A stretch of DNA of 64,000 bases from an uncultured Succinivibrio sp. (GTDB lineage: Bacteria > Pseudomonadota > Gammaproteobacteria > Enterobacterales > Succinivibrionaceae). The notes below the pieces were generated by a model. That model worked only from the letters and a program-made list of their open reading frames with translations. It was not told the DNA's origin and searched no databases. Each line of letters begins with the position of its first letter. The first letter of the stretch is position 1. The DNA is taken from contig CAAGAC010000030.1 in the NCBI GenBank assembly GCA_900767695.1, positions 48,728 to 112,727 on the forward strand. Direction: 5' to 3'. A program made the position numbers and the translations under genes. Positions 57,122 through 64,000 of the stretch are shown one piece after another.

Positions 57122-58434
57122 GCCTTCTCCCCGCCCCTGGCCTTCGTGAAGATCATGTCGCAAAGCTCGCCTGCCAGGGCCTCCTTGCTCTGGAGCGGCA
57201 GGTGGGCCGCCAGCCCGTCGCGGTCGTAGACGTACAGCTCGTTGCTGCCAGAGCCGAAGCCCTGGGTGGCGCTGTTGACGTAGTTCATTGCGATCAGGTC
57301 GAGGTTCTTCTCCTCAAGCTTGACCTTGGCGTGCTCCTCGCCGTTCTGGGTCTCGGCGGCGAAGCCCACGGTGAACGGGCGGCCGTGCTCCAGCTTGCCC
57401 ACGGTGGCGGCGATGTCGGGGTTCTTGACGAGCTTGAGCGTCATGGTCTGGCCCTTCTCGCGGCCGGAGATCTTCTGGTCGGCGATGCTCTCGCAGCGGT
57501 AGTCGGACACCGCCGCGCATCCGATGAAGACGGAGCAGTCCGCGAGGTTGTTCTCGACGGCCTGCAGCATGTCCAGGGCCGAGCGCACCTGGATCCTTGT
57601 CACCCCCTCAGGGGCCTCCAGGGCGGTGGGGCCCGAGATGAGGATCACCGAGGCGCCGCGCTCGCGGGCGGCCTTCGCGATGGCGTAGCCCATCCTGCCC
57701 GAGCTGCGGTTGGTGATGAAGCGCACCGGATCGATGGCCTCTGCGGTGGGGCCGGCGGTGACGATGACCTTGAGGCCGGCGCCCGAGGCGCGCGGCAGCA
57801 GCCTGGTCTGGCCGATCTCGGCCGGGGCCCTGGGCGAGGGCAGGGCCTCGCGGCCCTCGAAGCCGATGCGCCCGGCCTGGGATCCGTTGAGGATGCTGAG
57901 GATGAAGCCCATGATGTCCTCGGGCTCGGGCATGCGGCCCTCGCCGGTGTCGCCGCAGGCGAGGCTGCCCGAGGCCGGGCGCATCACGTAGTAGCCGCGG
58001 CGCGAGAGGATGCGCAGGTTCTCCTGCGTTGCCTGGTTGCGGAACATGTTGACGTTCATCGCCGGGGCAACGACGACCGGGCAGGTCGCGGCGAGCAGGC
58101 CGGCGGTCAGCATGTTGTCGGCAAAGCCGTGGGCGAGCTTGGCGATGGTCTGGGCGGTGGCCGGGGCGACGACCGCGATGTCGGCGTCCTTGGAGATCGC
58201 GATGTGGCCGATCCTGGAGGCGTCCTCGAAGATGTCGCAGGGCACCGGGTGGCCGCTTAAGGCGCTCAGGGTGTCGCGGCCGACGAGCTTGCAGGCCGAG
58301 GGCGTCATGACGACCTGGACGTCCGCGCCGTTCTTTATGAGCAGGCGGCAGAGCACGCAGGCCTTGTAGGCGGCGATGCTCCCAGTGATCCCTAGAATTA
58401 TCTTCTTGTTTTTCAACGGTAACAGCTCGCTCAT
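57118..58434 (-). CDS. coaBC: Bifunctional phosphopantothenoylcysteine decarboxylase/synthase
   Basis: GITGSIAAYK, APAMN, LACGD.G.GRM, TAGPT.E.IDPVRFITNRSSGRMG, VGFAAET. Confidence 0.97.
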   Translation of the reverse strand: MSELLPLKNKKIILGITGSIAAYKACVLCRLLIKNGADVQVVMTPSACKLVGRDTLSALSGHPVPCDIFEDASRIGHIAISKDADIAVVAPATAQTIAKLAHGFADNMLTAGLLAATCPVVVAPAMNVNMFRNQATQENLRILSRRGYYVMRPASGSLACGDTGEGRMPEPEDIMGFILSILNGSQAGRIGFEGREALPSPRAPAEIGQTRLLPRASGAGLKVIVTAGPTAEAIDPVRFITNRSSGRMGYAIAKAARERGASVILISGPTALEAPEGVTRIQVRSALDMLQAVENNLADCSVFIGCAAVSDYRCESIADQKISGREKGQTMTLKLVKNPDIAATVGKLEHGRPFTVGFAAETQNGEEHAKVKLEEKNLDLIAMNYVNSATQGFGSGSNELYVYDRDGLAAHLPLQSKEALAGELCDMIFTKARGGEKA

Positions 58435-58513
58435 GGCATAACTCCCTTAAAATCTTTCATCTGTGTGCCTACATGGGGTCGCGCAGGCCTTTTTTCGAGC
58501 CTGCGCAATGAGT

Positions 58514-59488
58514 TCAGCACAGATGGAGCACCGACGGATCGAAGGACGAGGTGTCGGGGATCCCGGTGTAGAGCATGAGCTCGGAGAGCTGGGCGTTCAT
58601 CTTGCGGATCTGCTCCTCGACTCCGGCCTGGCCATCCTTGAGCAGGGGCCTTAGGATCGATCTTCCGGTGCAGACGGCGTCGGCGCCCAGGGCCATGAGC
58701 TTGTAGGCGTCGTAGCCGGTGTCGACAGAGCAGTCGGCAAGCACCGCCATCTTGGAGCCTGCCTCGGAGAGGGCCTTGCGGATCGCGGGCAGCACCTGGG
58801 CCGGGGCGATGCCGAAGGGGATGCGGCCGTGGTGGTGGGAGACCACGATGCCGGCGCAGCCGGCATCGGAGGCCTTGAGCGCGTCGGAGACCGAGAGCAC
58901 GCCCTTGGCGATGAAGGGCAGCCCCGCCTTCGAGGCGTACTCCCTCAAGTCGCCCTCGGTGACCGGGCCCATCGGGATCGAGTCCACCACGTCGTAGCCG
59001 CCGTCCTTGCCTGCGATGTGGTCGATGTCCACGCCGACGGCGAAGGCGCCGCAGGAGCGGGCGAACTCCATCTGGCTGAGGATCACTCCATGATCGGCAA
59101 AGGGCTTGATGATCCTCACCGTGACCGGGTTGGCCTTGGCTATGGCCGCAAACTCCTCGTCAGGCTCCATGCCCGCGAAGTTGAGCGTGCCCAAGCTTGC
59201 CGCGGCGCGCGCGTACTCCTCCATCGGGCGCTTTCCGTCCCTGACCGCCTTGTTGAGGTGGGAGAAGGCCGGCATCATGATGGGAGATGAGAACTCGCGC
59301 CCAAAGAGCGTGGTCTTGAGCGAGGGCCTCACCGACCCGATGACGCGCATCTCGACGCGGATGCGGTCGAGGTAGAGGCGGGTGAAGAGGGCGGCATCGT
59401 CGGCGCGCCCGCTGGTGACGGGGATCATGCCCGGAGGTCCGGGCCAGCGTTCTTCTTGTTTTTCCATTGTGCTTGCTCCTAATGCCAT
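58514..59488 (-). CDS. FMN-dependent alpha-hydroxy-acid dehydrogenase/oxidase family protein
   Basis: TTLFG..F.SPIMM, FIAKGVLS..DA, IVVSHHHG, D....G.D.YK.MALGADAV..GR. Confidence 0.85.
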   Translation of the reverse strand: MALGASTMEKQEERWPGPPGMIPVTSGRADDAALFTRLYLDRIRVEMRVIGSVRPSLKTTLFGREFSSPIMMPAFSHLNKAVRDGKRPMEEYARAAASLGTLNFAGMEPDEEFAAIAKANPVTVRIIKPFADHGVILSQMEFARSCGAFAVGVDIDHIAGKDGGYDVVDSIPMGPVTEGDLREYASKAGLPFIAKGVLSVSDALKASDAGCAGIVVSHHHGRIPFGIAPAQVLPAIRKALSEAGSKMAVLADCSVDTGYDAYKLMALGADAVCTGRSILRPLLKDGQAGVEEQIRKMNAQLSELMLYTGIPDTSSFDPSVLHLC

Positions 59489-60149
59489 GCAAAAGCGCGA
59501 GGCGCTTTCGCATCTTCACGCATCATAGCAAGACAGGCCTTTCAAGATGACGGCGCATGGCGCAGAAAGGAAAGGCGGCAGGAAACGAGGCAAATCCAGA
59601 CACGATGAGGCCGAGGATGCAGTTCAGTGCCAGCACCATAGGCAGAAGATCGGCTTTTACAGCAGGACGAGACAAAACACCGCCATATCGAATAGCGGCG
59701 CTTCAAAACTTGTAGTAATGAGGGATGAGGGCGAAAAAACAGAAGGACTTTTGCACATGGCAGGAGCTAATCCATTCAAGATCAAAGACTAGTGATCAGA
59801 ATTTTGTAGTAATGCGTGTCATGGCAGGCTCGCTCCCACAGGCCGCCACGCTGGCGCCTGTCCTGCCAACTGCTTGTTTGCCAAAAAAAACGGCAAGGGA
59901 AAGCCTTTGTTCCGGATGTCCAGCCCACTGCCTTGCCAGAGCGGCGGCATCCACTGCTCCCATGTGCTCTCATCGGGGTATGATCGTGGCCAGCGCGGTA
60001 CAGCGGAATTCTTTGCAAAAATCCGCTTCAGGCTTAAAATTACGCTTTGCGTGTGCTAGAATATGCGCACTTTGTACTAACCCTGAACTTTTTTTGGTTG
60101 CAGCTCCAAGGTGCTGTGACCCGTAAAATTTATTGGAGTGTGGAAAAAC

Positions 60150-60386
60150 ATGTCCAAAGTTTGCCAAGTTACGGGCAAGCGCCCGATGGTGGGATACCTT
60201 CGTTCCCACGCCAAGAACGCTGCCAAGCGCCGTTTCCTCCCGAACCTCAAGTACCACCGTTTCTGGGTTGAGAGCGAGGGCCGTTTCGTCAGGCTGCGCG
60301 TCACCACTGCTGGCATGCGCACCATCGACAAGCGCGGCATCGATGCCGTTCTGGCCGACATGCGCGCCAATGGCGTCAGAGTCTAA
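60150..60386 (+). CDS. rpmB: 50S ribosomal protein L28
   Basis: [24 protein letters not shown]. Confidence 0.98.
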   Translation: MSKVCQVTGKRPMVGYLRSHAKNAAKRRFLPNLKYHRFWVESEGRFVRLRVTTAGMRTIDKRGIDAVLADMRANGVRV

Positions 60387-60399
60387 TTAGGAGGCTATC

Positions 60400-60570
60400 A
60401 TGGCTAAGAAAGGCGGTCGCGAGAAGATCCGTTTGAATTCAACTGCCGGCACCGGCCACTTCTACACCACTGACAAGAACCGTCGCACCACCCCGGGCAA
60501 GCTCGAGATGATGAAGTACGATCCGGTGGTGCGCAAGCACGTGCTGTACAAGGAAGGCAAGATCAAGTAA
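60400..60570 (+). CDS. rpmG: 50S ribosomal protein L33 (non-Zn form; absent from the ORF track)
   Basis: Manual translation [65 protein letters not shown]. Confidence 0.98.
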   Translation: MAKKGGREKIRLNSTAGTGHFYTTDKNRRTTPGKLEMMKYDPVVRKHVLYKEGKIK

Positions 60571-60610
60571 CGGCCTTGCTGTTGCAAATCTTTTCCAACG
60601 TGAACACTTC

Positions 60611-60640
60611 AAACCCTGTTGATGAGACAGGGTTTTGTTT
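60611..60640 (+). terminator. Terminator after rpmBG
   Basis: AAACCCTGT-TGATGAG-ACAGGGTTT followed by TGTTT. Confidence 0.7.
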
Positions 60641-60672
60641 TATCTGGGCCCAGAGGGGCCGGGAGGAAGCCG

Positions 60673-61491
60673 ATGCCGGAGCTGCCTGAAGTCGAGGTCA
60701 CGATGCGCGGGATCCGCCCCGCGCTCGAGCACGCCGTCATCACCGATGTCTGGACGGACGGCAAGAAGCTACGCGAGCCGATCCCCGAGGAGATAGACCG
60801 ACTCATCGACGCTAAGGTCGAGGGCCTCTCGCGCCGGGCAAAGTACATCCTCCTCAGGACGAGCAATGGGACGCTCGTGATCCACCTGGGGATGAGCGGG
60901 CACCTGAGCGTGCTGGCCTCCCCCGGGCCGCGCGTCAAGCACGACCACTTCGAGATGGATCTCGACTCGGGCACGGTCATCCGCCTCAACGACGTCCGCC
61001 GCTTCGGGCTGGTGGGCTACGTCCCGACCGGGGAGGATCCGCTTGCAAGCAAGTGGCTTCGCGATCTGGGCCCCGAGCCGCTCGGTCCTGATTTCACTCC
61101 GGAAGGCCTGCACGCGGCGCTTTCCAAGCGCCACGGCAGCGTCAAGCAGGCGATCATGGATCAGCAGGTGGTGGTGGGAGTTGGCAACATCTACGCCTCG
61201 GAGGTGCTCTTCCTCTCAGGCGTGAGGCCTGACCGCCGCGCCTGCGACGTGACGCTCGAGGAGTGCGGGAGCCTCTGCGAGAACATCCGCAAGACCCTGA
61301 GGGCGGCCATCGCCAAGGGCGGCACCACCATCCGCACCTTCCAGGGCGCCGACGGCAGGATGGGCTACTTCGTGCAGGATCTGAACGTCTACGGGCACAA
61401 GGGAGAGCACTGCCCCCGCTGCGGCACCCCCATCGAGGAGATGACGCTGGGGCAGAGGAGCACCTATTTCTGCCCGCGCTGCCAGAAGTGA
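60673..61491 (+). CDS. mutM: Formamidopyrimidine-DNA glycosylase
   Basis: MPELPEVE, HLGMSG, GVGNIYASE, C-terminal CxxC...CxxC Zn finger. Confidence 0.98.
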   Translation: MPELPEVEVTMRGIRPALEHAVITDVWTDGKKLREPIPEEIDRLIDAKVEGLSRRAKYILLRTSNGTLVIHLGMSGHLSVLASPGPRVKHDHFEMDLDSGTVIRLNDVRRFGLVGYVPTGEDPLASKWLRDLGPEPLGPDFTPEGLHAALSKRHGSVKQAIMDQQVVVGVGNIYASEVLFLSGVRPDRRACDVTLEECGSLCENIRKTLRAAIAKGGTTIRTFQGADGRMGYFVQDLNVYGHKGEHCPRCGTPIEEMTLGQRSTYFCPRCQK

Positions 61492-61967
61492 GGATGGCCC
61501 TTCACGAACTCCTCGACCGGGCGCGGCACGAACTTCGAGATGTCGCCGTCGTGAATGATGACGTCGCGCACCAGCGTCGAGGAGATGAAGCAGAGATCGC
61601 CCGAGGTGGGGAGCATCACGATCTCCATGTCCGGCATCAGCACGCGGTACATGCCCGATAGCTGGACCTCGTAGTCATAGTCGGCCACGGTCCTGACCCC
61701 CCTCACCAGCACGCTCGCCCCCTCGTCCTTAAGGAAGTCGACGAGCATCCCCGAGAATCCCCTCACCTCGACATCCCCGATCCCCTGAACGCTCTGCCGC
61801 GCCGTCTCCACGCGCTCCTCAAGCGTGAGCAGCGGGTGCTTTGACGGACTTGCGGCCACGGCCACGATCACATGGCCGAACACGCGCGACGCGCGGCGGA
61901 TGATGTCGAAGTGGCCCAGCGTCAGCGGGTCGAAGGTGCCGGGGAATACGGCAAGGGAGCTTTGCAT
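61464..61967 (-). CDS. coaD: Phosphopantetheine adenylyltransferase
   Basis: FPGTFDPLTLGH, VRGVR, ISSTLVR. Confidence 0.97.
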   Translation of the reverse strand: MQSSLAVFPGTFDPLTLGHFDIIRRASRVFGHVIVAVAASPSKHPLLTLEERVETARQSVQGIGDVEVRGFSGMLVDFLKDEGASVLVRGVRTVADYDYEVQLSGMYRVLMPDMEIVMLPTSGDLCFISSTLVRDVIIHDGDISKFVPRPVEEFVKGHPHFWQRGQK

Positions 61968-63037
61968 CAGTCGATCCCCTCCTGGGGGGCGTAGTGATCC
62001 ATCGCGGTGTCGAAGGCGTCCTTCACGGCCTCGATGGTTATGTGGGACATCGCGTGCTCGTCGCGCACGCGGTAGCGCCATGGTATGTGTTTGCCGCCAA
62101 GCTCGGCCTTGGCGAGGTCACGGTAGGCCGAGACCCAGAGATCGGGGTACTTCCACGAGCCCACGCGCGCGGGGTTGTGCACCGCGAAAAGCCCGATCAC
62201 CGGGGTGTTCACCGCCGAGGCGATGTGCATGCAGGCGCTGTCGGGGGCGAGCACGAGCGCGGAGCAGGCAAGAAGCGAGGCAAGCTGCCTCAGGCTGGTC
62301 TTGCCGCAGAGGTTCTCGCACTCGCAGCGCGCAAGCGCTGCGATCCTCGCGCACAGCGCGAGATCGCCCTTCGAGCTGGTGCCTGCGAGCACGGTCTTGA
62401 AGCCGTGGGACGCGGCGTAGTCGGCAAGCGCGGCGTAGCCCTCGGGACTCCAGTTCTTCTGGGGCTTTGCCGAGGCCGGCGCGATGGTGAAAAGCGGCTT
62501 TTCCGAGGAGAGGGCGAGGTATGGGGCGAGCTCCTTTTCAGAGAGCCTGAAGTCCCAGCGCGGCTGCAGATCGCCAAAGCCCGCGGCCTTGGCAAAGGCC
62601 ATGAAGCCTGCCAGCACGTGGGGGTTGGCGGGGGAGGGCACCTTGCGGCCAACAAACAGGCACTGGCCCTCGCGCGAGCGCTCGGAGTCGTAGCCAAAGC
62701 GCCTGTCCGCCCTCACCGCAAGCGAGACCAGCGAGGCCTTGAGCGAGGTCTGCATGTCTAGGAGCGAGTCAAAGCGCGCTCCTGAAAGCGCCCTGCGTGC
62801 CTGGCCTATGGCGCTTAAGATCCCGCGCGAGAAGTCGAGCGGAACCATGGGGATGATGTCCCTGCCGCCTTCATCGCGGAAGAGCGGGGCGAAGCGCTTG
62901 TCGATCACCCACCTGAGATCCGCGTCCGGCTCCTCGGCGCGCATCGCGCAGAGCATGCCAAAGCAGTTCACGCAGTCTCCAAGGGCGGTGAGTCTGAGGA
63001 CGCAGGCCGATTTCCTGTTGCTTGTGCTTGCAGTCAT
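61967..63037 (-). CDS. Glycosyltransferase family 9 (LPS heptosyltransferase-like)
   Basis: LRLTALGD, P.AS...KNW, L.GKTSL.QL, PDS..MHIA....TPVIGL; divergent from kdkA. Confidence 0.9.
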   Translation of the reverse strand: MTASTSNRKSACVLRLTALGDCVNCFGMLCAMRAEEPDADLRWVIDKRFAPLFRDEGGRDIIPMVPLDFSRGILSAIGQARRALSGARFDSLLDMQTSLKASLVSLAVRADRRFGYDSERSREGQCLFVGRKVPSPANPHVLAGFMAFAKAAGFGDLQPRWDFRLSEKELAPYLALSSEKPLFTIAPASAKPQKNWSPEGYAALADYAASHGFKTVLAGTSSKGDLALCARIAALARCECENLCGKTSLRQLASLLACSALVLAPDSACMHIASAVNTPVIGLFAVHNPARVGSWKYPDLWVSAYRDLAKAELGGKHIPWRYRVRDEHAMSHITIEAVKDAFDTAMDHYAPQEGID

Positions 63038-63132
63038 ATTGTCCCGATCTTACCAAACGCGGCCGCGCGCGGCCGTGATCGCGGGCAGCGGCCAAGGGCC
63101 CGGTTCGGTTAGAATCACTCCACGGAGGGATC

Positions 63133-63852
63133 ATGGACGACATACTTTTCAGCGCGCAGGCGTGGAGGTACTTGGCCAGAGACGGCCTTGGCAAGGCCGA
63201 GGCCGAGAGGCTCCTTGACGCCAGGGCGCTCAAGGCAGGCGGTGCAAAAGAGGCAGGAGGGCGCGGGCAGGCGCTCTCGTTCACGCAGGATGGCAGGGGC
63301 TATTTCCTGCGCCACTACTTAAGAGGTGGGCTCTGGGGCAGGCTCATGGGCGACCGCTTCATATCCCTCATGCCTCACGCCCACCGCGCCTTCGACGAGT
63401 TCAGGCTGCTTGACTGGATGCGCGGCCAGGGCCTGCCGGTCCCGGAGCCGGTCGCGGCGCGCGAGGAAGGCTGCGTTCTCATCAGGCAGGACATCGTGGT
63501 CGGCGGCATCGATGCCGAGGATCTCTCGCGCGTCATCGCGCGACGCTGCCTCACGCGCGGCGAGTGCTTGCGCCTTGGGCAGACCATAGGCAGGTTCTTC
63601 GAGGCCGGAGTCATGCACACCGATCTCAACATCCGCAACATCCTGCTCTCCAAAGAGGGAGAGTTCTTCCTCATAGACTTCGACAAGTGCTATAGGACCA
63701 CGATGGGGCGCGCAGAGCGCCAAGCTGTGCTCTCCCGTCTTAGAAGATCCTTTTTAAAAGAGATCCGCGTTACATCGGGCAAAGCGCATTATAATGATAC
63801 TGATTTTGCCCTTATAGAGAGCAAGGCAATGCGCTCTGCCGGCACGGTGTAG
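63133..63852 (+). CDS. kdkA: 3-deoxy-D-manno-octulosonic acid kinase
   Basis: GGRG, LRHY.RGGL, EF.LL....GLPVP.P, H.DLN.RNILL, IDFDK, L.RL.RS..KE. Confidence 0.92.
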   Translation: MDDILFSAQAWRYLARDGLGKAEAERLLDARALKAGGAKEAGGRGQALSFTQDGRGYFLRHYLRGGLWGRLMGDRFISLMPHAHRAFDEFRLLDWMRGQGLPVPEPVAAREEGCVLIRQDIVVGGIDAEDLSRVIARRCLTRGECLRLGQTIGRFFEAGVMHTDLNIRNILLSKEGEFFLIDFDKCYRTTMGRAERQAVLSRLRRSFLKEIRVTSGKAHYNDTDFALIESKAMRSAGTV

Positions 63853-63973
63853 GATCAGCCAAAGGTGCGCCCGGAGCCTTGCGCAAACGGCTTGGGCGGA
63901 ACGGCCCGGCACGGACTAAACTAAAACAAAAAAGCAGGCCCGAAGGCCGGCAACTTGGAGCCAGGATGGCAGC

Positions 63974-64000
63974 ATGAAAAAGACTGTGATTTTTATCGAC
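63974..64000 (+). CDS. Possible start of a downstream gene (truncated by the window edge)
   Basis: ATG then MKKTVIFID with AGGA/GGAG upstream; too short to assign a family. Confidence 0.35.

Noticed and set aside
57779..57885. ~30-aa extra linker between the CoaC and CoaB domains
   Set aside because: Inter-domain linker length varies commonly and no motif is evident.
59547..60126. Small ORFs in the dehydrogenase-rpmB spacer as a radC remnant
   Set aside because: No RadC motifs (PREKL, HNHPSG) in the listed translations and no host-like codon bias.

Overview
A GC-rich, gene-dense stretch of gammaproteobacterial chromosome made up almost entirely of core genes. It is probably from Aeromonadales/Succinivibrionaceae; this is an inference from a PckA resembling my recollection of the Anaerobiospirillum enzyme, plus kdkA, the argF-argG-argH cluster and parB-atpI synteny. 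Gene order: parB 3' end, atpIBEFHAGDC, rpoH-ftsY/rsmD, an IdnD-like dehydrogenase, the kdsC-lptCAB-rpoN-hpf-ptsN-rapZ operon, mlaFEDCB-darP(yjgA), mreBCD-maf-tldD, ssb/uvrA, a DUF2750-like gene, a BASS-like transporter, pmbA, gpmI, yibN-secB-gpsA, a sugar ABC + araA islet, nfuA, pckA, greB, a low-complexity hypothetical, bioH-ribB, MFS-hslO-hslR, nudE, argFGH, dut-coaBC, an FMN alpha-hydroxy-acid dehydrogenase, rpmB-rpmG, mutM, coaD, a GT9 glycosyltransferase and kdkA. I saw no rRNA, tRNA, CRISPR array, IS element, prophage or defence system, and I cannot demonstrate a wholly new multi-gene system. The strongest leads are: (1) a ~47-aa four-cysteine insert in the periplasmic N-terminal segment of ATP synthase subunit a; (2) ftsEX, envC and slmA each missing from three separate, normally conserved loci; (3) a Lys/Ala-rich histone-like tail on sigma-32 and an acidic tail on GreB; (4) a YGSQG-repeat, prion-like linker in SSB; (5) candidate GntR-, LacI-, HexR- and sigma-28-type sites. 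All family assignments come from motif recognition, not database searches.
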